DNA of 36,013 nucleotides from Octopus bimaculoides (taxonomy: Eukaryota). A program made the position numbers and the translations under genes. Of the stretch, positions 11,688 to 22,345 are shown piece after piece. The notes under the pieces were generated by a model, which did not search any database, was not told the origin of the DNA, and saw only the letters and a program-made list of their open reading frames with translations. The DNA lies in contig NC_068988.1 of the NCBI RefSeq assembly GCF_001194135.2, positions 69,161,750 through 69,197,762 of the forward strand, given 5' to 3'. How positions within the stretch are numbered: position 1 is the first letter of the stretch; every line of letters starts with the position of its first letter.

Positions 11688-12114
11688 GGGAGAATTTATG
11701 AAAAAAACAACAACAGACGAGGACAGATAGTGTAAACAACAAATGGATGTATTAGTTTAACGCTCAGGAATAGAAAAAGTCTTTAACGTTTCGAGCTACG
11801 CTCTTCAACAGAAAGGAACACAGAAAGAAATAAGGAGAAAAACGAGAAAGAAAGTATAAATGTAGTGGTCAGCGATCTATCATGGCGTGTGTGTGTATAT
11901 GTTTGTGTGTCTGTGTTTGTGCCCCCACCATCACTTGACATCTGAAGTTGATGTGTCTACATCCCCATAACTTAGCAGTTCAGCAAAAGAGACCGTCTGA
12001 GTAAGTACTAGGCTTACAAAGAATAAGTCCTGGAGTGGATCTGTTTGACAAAAGGCAGTGCTCTAGCATGGGTGCAGTCAAATGACTGAAACAAAAACAT
12101 AAAAGAATAAAAGA

Positions 12115-12115
<1 letters not shown>
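11465..12115 (+). mobile_element. CORE-type tRNA-derived SINE interrupted by an insertion at about 11688-11886
   Basis: Head CAGGAGTAGCTGTGTGG, then CORE-like GTGGCACCTTGGGCAAGTGTC, CCTTGTGAGTGGATTTGGTAGATGGAAACTG and a (TATG/TA)n spacer. Tail is GTGTCTGTGTTTGTGCCCC...CTTGACA...AAGAGACC...AAATGACTGAAAC. Confidence 0.85.
11688..11886 (-). mobile_element. About 200-bp probable Penelope-type terminal fragment with a variant hammerhead motif
   Basis: Inserted in the (TA)n spacer of a CORE SINE. Minus strand 11815-11755 reads UUU-CUGUUGA-A-GAGC(GUA)GCUC-GAAACGUU...AGCGU-U-AAA. Confidence 0.55.
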
Positions 12116-12147
<32 letters not shown>

Positions 12148-12171
12148 ATATATATAAAATTCAAGTTTTCT

Positions 12172-12194
12172 CTGTGCGTGTGTGTGTGTGTGTG

Positions 12195-12278
<84 letters not shown>

Positions 12279-12280
12279 TA
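12172..12280. repeat. (TG)n microsatellite
   Basis: Direct reading. Confidence 0.98.
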
Positions 12281-13667
12281 TTTACAATAATTTAATGTAA
12301 TTCAATAACTTTTACATCTTTCATCTGATTTCTTTAAGAATTTTTTACACAGCTGCTTCATATCCCAGACCGAACATAGGCCACTTAGATTTTTTTTAAA
12401 ATCAATACTGGAGCCTCTAAAGCGATTGGAACCAACAATAGATGATTCCCATTCATTTACATTAATCGGCTGTTTTATAATCTGTAGGGTCTTCTATACT
12501 TTTTTAATCTTTTTATAAAAGTGAAAAGATTTTGTCTATTTATTTCCACTCTCCATCAGCAATGGTGATTAAACTGGTTAGGAACACTGAATGCATACAT
12601 TTCCACAATTCTCAACCGATTTTCACCTAACTTTATACACACAATTCTAATGTTCAAAGGATGGCCATACACTAAACATTTTTGCCCAGAGCTCCTGTGT
12701 AAAAGGACCTAAACGATCTATTTATTTATTCTGCCTGTCCACCTATCACAGTGATTAAGTTGACTAGGAACATTGTACATGATGAATATCCAATACTTAA
12801 TAATCTTAATCTCCATATTTAAACTACATTAAATGTTGGCATGCTTAGCTTTACCTATTCAGAGTTACTTGAAAGGTGATGTTCCCTTCCCTCTCCTCTA
12901 TTTGTTGATACCTTTGTTTACCTTTGATACTGTTGTTTCAGTTTAAGCATACTTATTTATACTGCATTATAATATTTCGACTGTTGTCTATTGTTTTAAA
13001 TACGTTTTAACATTTTCATTCTAGCCTTTTTTTAAAACAATCACATATGATTCATCCCAAAGAATCAACCTTTAAGTAAGAGTTTTGCTTCCACTAGCAA
13101 AAACTATGTGTATCTTTCAGAAAGCTCCATACCAATTTAATATAATGCTCAGCATTCACTGTTAGTTTATGTGCAGGCTATGTGGGAAGACAGAATAAAG
13201 GGGCCTTTGTTAGCTTATCTCTCCAAAAAAATAGCTCTTTTTGCTGTTGAAAAAATAACCTGGCAGAGGAGAAGTTTCAACGTCTTCCTTCAATTTCCTT
13301 ACACCATTTATGTGGCTGTTTCTGACAAGAAATTTCGCTTTAATGCATAACAACTATATTTTGTAGTCATTATCCATAATCTTCGCCCAAAACACTTCAG
13401 TAGCTCTACTTTGCATTGTTTGCAAACGTATATGTTCTATGATCATTAAAGTGCAACAGCCTCCACAATAACTAGCCTTCAGTTTGATTTTCTGTTCTGA
13501 GGTTAATTGGAAATGTAGATTGCCATGTGACTCATAAACCTTCTTGGTAGTTCAATTATTTAGGGGAAAAAATACCACCAAAGAAAGGACAACAAAAGAA
13601 AGAAAGAGACCTCGATATTATGTAAATAGAGGAATTTATCTGTAAAAAATATGTGACACTTATTCGG

Positions 13668-13741
13668 TAGCCATGATAAAACTCCGAGTTTCGGATGCCA
13701 GGGTGGGAACCCACGCCAACATCTCTTCAGTTATCTGGCCA
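13668..13741 (-). ncRNA. Type I hammerhead ribozyme (left arm of palindrome)
   Basis: UGGCC-A-GAUAA CUGAAGA GAUGUUGG-C-GUGGGUUCCCAC-C-CUGGCAUC C GAAA CUCGGAG U U UUAUC-AU-GGCUA. Core CUGANGA and GAAA are intact, stems I-III pair, and the NUH site is GUU. Confidence 0.75.
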
Positions 13742-13910
13742 TTGAAAATTCCTGTGAAAAATGACCGTTGAACAAAGGGAAATTACTGTATGGTTGACTG
13801 TAATTAAGACAAAAGAGCTTACTTAGGGGTCGATAGCTCTTTTGTCTTAATAACAGTCAACCACACAGTAATTTCCCATTGATTAACGGTCATTTTTCAG
13901 GAATTTTCAA

Positions 13911-13984
13911 TGGCCGGATAACTGAAGAGATGTTGGCGTGGGTTCCCACCCCAGCATCCGAAACTCAGAGTTTTATCATGGCTA
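13911..13984 (+). ncRNA. Type I hammerhead ribozyme (right arm of palindrome)
   Basis: UGGCC-G-GAUAA CUGAAGA(13922-28) GAUGUUGG-C-GUGGGUUCCCAC-C-CCAGCAUC C GAAA(13960-63) CUCAGAG U U UUAUC-AU-GGCUA. Predicted cleavage is after 13972. One extra C precedes G12. Confidence 0.78.
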
Positions 13985-14039
13985 CCGAATAAGTGTCACT
14001 TATTTTTACAGATATATATTGTATATATATATTAAACAC

Positions 14040-14197
14040 TCTGCTGTTGGTGTTAGGAAGGGCATCCAGCTGTAAAAGTCATGCCAACAAAAGTCTGGTA
14101 CAGGCTTGTGCCTGGTGGCCGGCTCTTGTCAAACCATCCTACCCATGCCAGCATAGAAGGTGGACGTTAAATGATGATGATAATGATGATGATGATG
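14040..14197 (+). mobile_element. SINE-like family B 3' fragment
   Basis: GTTGGTGTTAGGAAGGGCATCCAGCTGTAAAA...CCCATGCCAGCATAGAAGGTGGACGTTAAA(TGA)n. Confidence 0.8.
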
Positions 14198-14284
<87 letters not shown>

Positions 14285-14289
14285 TGTCA

Positions 14290-14321
<32 letters not shown>

Positions 14322-14345
14322 GTCTGTCTGTATGCATGTATGTAA
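14198..14345. repeat. Compound (TA)n-(TG)n-(TCTG)n microsatellite
   Basis: Direct reading. Confidence 0.97.
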
Positions 14346-15599
14346 TATAGGGAGAAAGAGAGCAACAATTATGTTAGGGAAATGTGCTGAATAGTGATGA
14401 TGTATAGATGGAAAACTTGTCAGCAGAAAATCCTATTGGCAGTTCTCTAAGTAATCTATTTAGAATACCAGAAGCAAGTTAAAATACAGTTCAGTATGGC
14501 ATAAATGTAAAGGTTAGGAAAATTATGATATCCTATTAATGATAATCTAATTTTCTAAGAGGATATGAGAACACTAAACTCTACCTGGATTACTGAAAAA
14601 CATAAAAGGTTTGAGTTCAATTAATGGAAGCTATATAGCCTGTGGTAGTGGCAGTTGGCCAAATTCAAGAAATTTAACATTTTATTAAACTAATTTCTAT
14701 AATATTATTCTTCTTGTCATATTAAGTAACGGGCTTTTAACAAACTTAACAGTAGAGCCAAATAAAAGATATAATCAAAATGATTAACATAGCTTTGTCT
14801 TACATGGGAAGAAGAATAGAAATTTGTATAGGAAGGAGCAGCTGTAGATGTAAATGCCAGTAATGGATCAGTACTTTATTTTATTGGCCTTAAAAGGTTA
14901 AAAGGCTAAGCCAACAACATGATTTGAATGAAGAACATAAAGGAATATAACAAAATACTATTGGGCATAAATAATGCTTTTAGTAACTCTATCTTTATAA
15001 TAAGATGAAAGACATAGATAGAAAATTTAGTATATTGAAATAATATTATAAAAATCTATAAATTTATACATCAAAACAGAAATAAGAACATTTTTAAAAT
15101 ATGGAATTTACACAGGTCCCACTACATATTATTGTTAATTTCTGTGACTTTAATGAAAATTATATTAGAACTGCAAATTATATTAGTCTTTCCAATTTAA
15201 AGCAGAAGAAAATAAAGAAGATCAGTGACTGAACTGGAACCCTGTATCAATCATTTGCCAGCTAAACATGTTACAAACAGCACAATACTCCACTTGTCAT
15301 CACATCTGTTGTGATACCAATGACTCTACACACTAACTATTATCACATATGCAATAAACTATACTATATTCCATCTGCTGTTATATTGTCACAGCATTAA
15401 TGGTATGGTTAAGGGAGACTTGATGCATGGTCAACAGCTAACCTTCTTGAAGAAAAATACATAGCTAGACTTGTGCCTTTGAAAGGAACATTCCAGTGTG
15501 CAGATAAAGAGGGAATCCTGATCCAGGGAGACCTCAAATAATAAATATTTTAGTTATACTTTTATAGTTATTTTAATTTAGTTAATATCATAGAAATAT

Positions 15600-15820
15600 T
15601 AAGGTCGCAAGCTGGCAGAAACATTAGCACAACAGGCAAAATGCTTAGCAGTGTTTCGTCTGTCTTTATGTTCTAACTTCAAATTCCACCGAGGTCAACT
15701 TTGCCTTTCATCCTTTTGGGGTCAATACATTAAGTACCAGTTGTGTACTGGGGTCGATCTAATTGACTGGCCCCACTCACCAAAAAATTTTAGGCCTTGT
15801 GACTAGAGTAGAAAAGAATA
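15600..15820 (+). mobile_element. SINE family A copy
   Basis: TAAGGTCGCAAGCTGGCAGAAACATTAGCAC...AAATGCTTAGC...TTCAAATTCCACCGAGGTCAACTTTGCCTTTCATCCTTTTGGGGTC...AAGTACCAGTT...GGGGTCGATC. Confidence 0.9.
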
Positions 15821-16247
15821 TTATAGAAATATTTTATCTCCAGAAAATAGTTGGTTGGTCACAAAGCATTAACTGTATAAGATGTCCCACGTCTCCAGAA
15901 TGGGAAGTTGTCGTATTTTAGTTCCACATTTATTAGTTAAAACAAGAAATGATAAGAATGAATTGATAGATATTGCTCCCAAAATCATAGATCAAGAGAA
16001 TGCCAAAACCCAGGTTTTTATTAAATGATAGTGCTAATAATAAATCAACAAGGACTGTTCATATGCCTAACATGCCTTGTTATAGTGTCGTGTACTCAGT
16101 TCAATGTAAATGGTTCATTATTGCTCACTATAAAAAAAAGGGATCTTCACCAAATTCATCACAATAAGCAGCTTCCACTTCATAGTGTTATGTATACAGT
16201 TGAAGCATGTGTGTGTGTGTGTGTGTGTGTGCATATATATTAAAAAA

Positions 16248-16577
16248 TGGTACTCCACCAGTTTTGACAAAGGGTATTACAGTTGATCCAACCAATGGAA
16301 TAGCCTGCTCATGAAATTAATGTGCAAGTAGCCAAGCACTCTACAGACAAGAGTACCTTTAATGTTAATGTAGTTCTTAGGAAGATCCAGTGTGACCCAA
16401 AATGTGACAAGGTTGGCCCCCTTGAACTACAGGTACTACTCATTTTTGCCAGCTGATTGGACTGAAGCAACATGATATAAAGTGTCTTGCTCAAGGATAC
16501 AATTTGCTGCCAGATATCAAATCCAAGACCTTACAATCATGAACCAGATACCCTATCCACTAAGCCACATACCTTCA
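16248..16577 (-). mobile_element. tRNA/CORE SINE sharing its about 190-bp 3' tail with the 31287-31674 element
   Basis: CORE-like AAGTGTCTTGCTCAAGGATAC on the plus strand. Tail GTTGATCC..CAATGGAA.AGCCTGCTCATGAAATTAA.GTGCAAGT is shared with 31297-31470. Confidence 0.75.
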
Positions 16578-16779
16578 CATACATATGTATAGGCAACACA
16601 AGTTATCAAGAACCACTGAAACAGTTATGCTTCCTACCCATGCATATCTTCATTCAAGTTTTAGTCAATTAAGCTTTGGAAAGTTCTCTTCCTTTTCCAG
16701 CCTCTTTTGTGAAGAATTTTAATAAATTCATTTAAAAGTTATTTTTGGCTCATAATATAAGTATGACAGCCTGCATTTA

Positions 16780-16840
<61 letters not shown>

Positions 16841-17146
16841 ACGCGCACACACACGTCTATACATATATATTGTTTATTTGTTCATTTACTTTACATCCAT
16901 TTTTCTTCCATGATTGTATCGGATTCATAAATATGTTATTTGAGACAATGGTTCATGTTTTACAGCTGGATGCCCTTTGTGCGGCTTACCATAACCTGTT
17001 TTCAGTTGATAAGCGAAATATAAACATTCGTGCACATTCATGCATACACATGCATGCACATGCTTGAATGGATAGATGAAGGGAAGGAAGGAAAAGGGGG
17101 GATGATGGATGGATAAATAGATAGTTAGAGGGATTGATAGAACTTT

Positions 17147-17149
<3 letters not shown>

Positions 17150-17182
<33 letters not shown>

Positions 17183-17184
17183 TA
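17150..17184. repeat. (GATA)n microsatellite
   Basis: Direct reading. Confidence 0.95.
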
Positions 17185-17974
17185 CAGGCATACAATGGCC
17201 TTAATACACTCACCTTCTACCAAATGCCATATCCTCACTATCTTTTTCCTGCTTGACCATCTACCCCTATTCTTTACTTTTTACTTACATTCTTCCAACT
17301 TCATTTCACAACCTTCTAACATATTTCTCATATCTTCAAAGGAAACTCCTGCCCATTAAACATGTGAACTTTCTTCCTCTCATACCACACAAACCAATCT
17401 TATGTTATGAATGGAATCAAAGGTTTTTCTGTTCCTTGACACTGACCATCACCATTTTCTTGATGTTAGAATTTAGTTTGGTCTTTGCAGTTCTGAGTGG
17501 ATCAGGTTGAAATAATGGTTGATATTTTCTTGGGCTAGAGGTTAATGTGATCGACAAATGACTTTGCTCTCATGAATTTGAACCCAAATGCAGCTGTTTG
17601 TGCCCCTGGAGAAAATGTACAACTCTGCTTGCCTTAGTGTACTTGTCTATGATTAGAATTCTAAACCAATTTTATGAATGAATGATTAGCAGGAGGTGGG
17701 TTATTCAGCTATAAAACAATTACCCCGGTAAACCATAGGAAAATGGATAACAAAAATAAACAGCTGAAGAAAACATTATGAAGATCCTTTATAAGAATTC
17801 TAGATTTTTCCTGTGATATTTCCCTTAATTATAAAACCAATGGATTGTTAAGAATTTCACATGGATCAGGTCTTCAGGCTATAAGACAAGGTTTTTCTCT
17901 TTTTTTGTTTTGTTTTTATTTCTCCAGTAAATTGTCTTAACTTGTGAATAAGTGAGTGAGTGAATAAGTGACTC

Positions 17975-18011
<37 letters not shown>

Positions 18012-18273
18012 ATGCATGTATGCCAATGTATGCACATATGCCCATGTTTTTGCATGTGTGTGCTTAACAGAGAGGATATTTGAATGTATACAGAGATAGT
18101 TGTATTGAAATATTTTTGGTTAATGTCAGGGAGCAGCCGTACTGGACCCATGGTCGTTGAAGCAGAAGCAATTATATGAATAGGGAAAGCAATTTTCACC
18201 TGTTTCATAACAAGTGAATAGTTTAAGTATTTTATAACTGAAAGAGGTTTTCATCATCAAAGCAGAAAATAAT

Positions 18274-18277
<4 letters not shown>

Positions 18278-18330
<53 letters not shown>
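18278..18330. repeat. (TA)n microsatellite
   Basis: Direct reading. Confidence 0.98.
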
Positions 18331-18333
<3 letters not shown>

Positions 18334-18879
18334 TGTGTGTGTATGTGTCTGTATGAGAAGAACTGTGAGTGTGCTTGTATGCCTGCACATACTGTAGTCA
18401 TTGTGCCAATAAAAACAAACACAGGTAGTTGTTTTTTTAGCATTAATTAATTTTAATTAATAAATTTATTAATTAATTAACAACAAAGAAATAAATTACA
18501 TCCAGCGAATGGGTGTATATATGTTTGTGTGTGTGCATTTGAGTATGTGTGTACAGACCTACATATGCACACATTCCTGTATGCATACGCATACATGCAT
18601 AAATACATCCATGCATGCACACACATACTCACACACTCATACATGTACAGCAATATCTTGATCAACAAGCTGAATGTGTTCCACTTTTTTTATATTGTTA
18701 TCAGAAACTTCATAACTAGTGAAAGGTTCAATTAATTAACTAAAGAAATATACACTTATGTAAAATACATTAAGTCTACACTGACCTTACATATATAGAA
18801 AAAAGATCTTGTCGATGAAATTGCATGTAATTTAATAAAAAAATATACACATTTTTTTACAACACACCAACACATAAAT

Positions 18880-19600
18880 CATCGTCCTTGTTCTAAACAA
18901 ACATGGACATGTTACCAAATGCAGCATTGCCTTGAGCATGAAATTATCTGACAGTAATGTTTGCCAGCACAGCAGAAATGTTCAACAAGCCAGTTTGTAA
19001 ACAAATCTTTTGTAAGAAAGCTTTTCTTCTGAATTTGCATGTCACTCGTAGACTGGATTTGGAGATACATTTCATTGTATATATTGTATACGTATGATAA
19101 ATGGGAAGTTTCAAGTCTCCTGTGATATTTGCTTCCAAAAAACAACGTCAGAAAATCTTTTGTTGCATTAAACCTAGTAATCTTATTTTCCTCTTCTGAG
19201 ATAGACATTTCCATTGAAAAGTAGAAAAAAAATCTCCAAAGTGTAGCCAACACTGATCTACATTGACATCTATAATTGGTGGAAATTTTTCTCTTTCTTT
19301 AATGACTTTATTTCTGAGAGATATCCTGATGCAGCCAGGATATTAACACTTGTGGATTCCTCCCTTCGGTGAATGGTATGGAAATTAATTTTTTTTTAAA
19401 CTCCATAAATTGTCCACTAGAAACAACGATTGTTTTAAGTGAATTCCTCAAGTTCTTGTTTCAGTTGATTAAATAGATTTAATTCTTTTTGTTGGATAAG
19501 GGCTTGGGCTTGTGGTAAGTGACTCTGTGGCATATCACTTCCCATTCCAATTCTTAACATTTCACCATAAATTTAATACATGTTCATGTTAATTTAGAAC
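18880..19600 (-). pseudogene. Decayed pogo/Tigger-like (CENP-B HTH plus DDE_1) transposase
   Basis: Minus-strand segments in order: AQALIQQKELNLFNQLKQEL, VSSGQFMEFKK, ESTSVNILAA, DVNVDQCWLHFG (cf. FNVDETGLFWK), ISEEENKITRFNATKDFLTLFFG (cf. ISKEEK..PGFKAAKDRLTLLLG), GDLKLPIYH and KDLFTNW. Confidence 0.65.
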
Positions 19601-20164
19601 AGTCATGGGTGAATTGTGGCTTGCAGAACTTTATGAATGGCATGCTGAAACGAAAAATTACCTCAAAATTTTTAGTTTTGCCATTCACCTCATGATGATT
19701 TATATCACATAAGGCTTGCTTCTCAGAAAGGATGCCTGGTTTAGAAATATTATACTAACTTGAATTTTACATAGCAGATTTTTCTTGGAGTGGTTCATGA
19801 AGGTTTTTGACACTTACAGTAGAAGTTCTTATGGTTCCCCAACATTTTTCTTTACTCTCCCTTCCACTCTTTTAGATTCATTAATTTGCTAACTAAAAAC
19901 ACTGGTTTGTATTAAAGTGACATGGCGGTAAAGTTTATTGAAATGTTCTTTAAAAGAAATTACAGCACTTTCAGAATTAACAAAACATGTAGTCCAATAT
20001 TGCACAAGCAAATGCTTGAGAAAACAAAGGCAAATGTGATTGTTTTGTTGTATGTGCACTAGAAATGCAATGTGTTCATATAAGGAGTTTCAAATTTAGG
20101 CAGTGAATTCTGGTAATGTTCAAGCAAAGAGAATGGTTTTTGTTGCTAACTTGTTGTAATATTG

Positions 20165-20377
20165 GTTTCCTATTTTGGTGCAAGACCAATAATTTCGGGG
20201 GAGGAGTAAGTTGATTACATCGACCCCAGTGCTCAACTGGTACTTATTTATCAACCCTGAAAGAATGAAAGGCAAAGTTGACCTGGGCAGAATTTGAACT
20301 CAGAATGTAAAGACTGGCAAAATACAACTAAGCATTTTGCCCAGCATGGTATTTCTTCTGCCAGCTCACCACCTTAA
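20165..20377 (-). mobile_element. SINE family A copy
   Basis: GATTACATCGACCCCAGTGCTCAACTGGTACTTATTTATCAACCCTGAAAGAATGAAAGGCAAAGTTGACC...CTGCCAGCTCACCACCTTA. Confidence 0.9.
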
Positions 20378-20925
20378 ATTTGTTGCAATATTAAGCTTCA
20401 TTCTTGTAGAGTTCCATTCACAGAGGTAACATTAATTTAGCATTCGAATGTATATTTATGAGCATGTATTCATACATATTTATGAATATACATAGTTATA
20501 TGAATATATATACCTAGATACATACTCAGACATATACATCCCCATGTCATGCAAATACGTATTTGTTTTTTGTATGTGTGCGTATGTGTGTGCTTGCTTT
20601 TGTAAATATCTATAAAACCAGACTCACACTGACAAATTCAAATATATGTGGAAACTTCTAGATTGGTGACACTAATTTGCTTCATAAATGTAAATTCAAA
20701 ATGAATGATGGTTTTCAGAAGAATTGAAAAATATATTAGAGATTTCAAAACAAACAATCATTCAATAATGTATTATCTTTTATTTGGGCTGTGACCAGGC
20801 TGGGGCACTGCCTTGAAGGGTTTTGTTGAACAAATTGACGCCAGTTCTTATTTTTTAAGTTTGGTACTAATTCTCTCAGTCCCTTTTAATGAACCACAAA
20901 GTTACAAAGAATTAAATAAAACCAT

Positions 20926-21175
20926 CACGTTATTTACATTATTTACATTTGACGGATATTTGTCCACATCTTGTTTTTTGTTAACACAAGATTTCAGCTG
21001 ATATACCCTCCAGCCTTCATCAGGTGTCTTGGGGAAATTTCGAACCTGAGTTCTCATTCCTAAGGTATTTTTTGATATTATTATTATCATTATTATTATT
21101 CAGGTCACTACCTGGAATTGAATTCGGAATCTTAGGGTTAGTAGCCTGCGCTTTTAACCACTACGCCATATGCCC
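20926..21175 (-). mobile_element. Composite short element: tRNA-like Pol III head, (AAT)n spacer, then hammerhead-bearing tail
   Basis: Minus strand: A box TGGCGTAGTGG (21168-21158), B-box-like GAATTCAATTCC (21125-21114), (AAT)n at about 21100-21077, then ACAC CUGAUGA A GGCUG..CAGCU GAAA UCUU GUGU (21027-20984). Confidence 0.7.
20983..21028 (-). ncRNA. Minimal type I hammerhead ribozyme motif, stem III damaged
   Basis: Stem I GACAC/GUGUU, core CUGAUGA plus an extra A, stem II GGCUG/CAGCU with a 10-nt loop, then GAAA. Stem III reads AUCU where minimal PLE-type HHRs carry a 4-nt palindrome such as ACGU. Confidence 0.6.
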
Positions 21176-21184
21176 ATAGCGTAG

Positions 21185-21378
21185 TGCTTGTCAAGTGGTG
21201 TGCCCCCCGCCCTCATATTTATATGACAAGTTTTTACACAGTTTCCATCTTTGAAAGTTTTCCAAGGCATAGGTTAGCTGGAGCTGAAGTAGAAGAGGTG
21301 CCATGTAGTGGGACTGAATCCAAAATCACGTGCCTGGAAAACTGGTTACTTTACGACATGTCCATATCTGCACCTCAA
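21185..21378 (-). mobile_element. Degenerate CORE-type SINE
   Basis: CAGTTTCCATCT...CAAGGC...GTAGAAGAGGTGCCATGTAGTGGGACTGAATCC...TCCATATCTGCACCT is the reverse complement of the 11465 head/CORE. Confidence 0.65.
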
Positions 21379-22179
21379 ATATGATCTATCAAGTCAGATG
21401 TCATAGAGAATAAAGCAATTCTTGCAAGTTTAAAGGTTCCCCCTTTGGCTTGTGCCTGATATCTTTCTGTTTTTGTTATTGTTGTTGTTTAGACCATGGT
21501 CTACTCTGACTGAGCAGACCTATGTTCTAAAGCATTTTCTCTTGAGTATTCCTTCATTTGATATAGGGCTGCATTACCTAATATGCCCCTTCTTTATTTA
21601 AGAAGGCAACGAAGAATTCAAGAGAAATTTATCTGCTATTTTAACAGGTGGCATATAACTGGCTTTTGTTGGCTCCTAGTCAATACTTTGTGTGTATCCT
21701 AGATGTGAGAAAGGAGGCTAAATTAATATTGTGCTCAATGACCAGCTGTGAGATCAGAAATACTCCTCTCATTGTCACTACCAATATGCTAATGGCTAAA
21801 TCTATAATGGATACAAGAAGTACAATTCCCTGCTGAAAATGATGGCAGATTTGTTAGCAGCCATGTATGATTCAAAGACTTACAAGGATGAATTTAATTC
21901 CTTCACCTAGGTAAAAGATATGTCTTGAATACAGCTGCAGCAGCTGTGTTTCTCATATTCTTGTTACATCAATAGAAAATAAATTCCAGATTTACTGACT
22001 CAAGTTGTTTATAAAATGATTACCTAGCTCACTATTAATGATAACAACACCAAGAAAAGTAACTTAAACTAGGACATTGCTTAATAAAGTAAGCATCATA
22101 TATCTAAATATATGCATATAGAGTATACTAAGAGTGTAGATTAATAAAATCATGAGAGCATTTTATTTCTCCTCTCTCT

Positions 22180-22345
22180 TTATATTCTGCATTCAAATCC
22201 CACAAAGATCAACAATGATTTTCATCTTTTCTAGGGTTGGTAAAATAAAGTAGCCATCCAAGATAGTGAATTGACAGAATTGTTGGAGCATCGAACCAAA
22301 TACCTTGAGATATTTACTCTGTTTATTTATGTTCTGAGATCACCT
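22180..22345 (+). mobile_element. Highly degenerate SINE family A fragments
   Basis: ATTCTGCATTCAAATCCC...GATTTTCATCTTTTCTAGGGTTGGTAAAATAAAGTA, followed by a second head-like GTGAATTGACAGAATTGTTGGAGC. Confidence 0.4.

Larger units (their letters stand above)
13637..14014. repeat. 378-bp near-perfect palindrome (arms about 183 and 180 bp, 15-nt loop at 13820-13834), probably a fold-back of a Penelope-type terminal repeat
   Basis: Hand alignment of the left arm with the reverse complement of the right arm gives 10 substitutions and 2 small indels. An unpaired extension lies at 13561-13636. The right end runs into (TA)n. Confidence 0.95.

Noticed and set aside
11223-11701. 101-aa and 123-aa ORFs with CVCV/VCVC runs (similar ORFs at 16789, 17879, 18477, 28451)
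   Set aside because: (TG)n/(CA)n microsatellites plus SINE sequence, with no protein-like composition.
12700-13500. Scattered Helitron-like peptide hints on the minus strand (AKF..SET, VFASG, YNVPS)
   Set aside because: Motifs are too short and frameshifted to support without a profile search.
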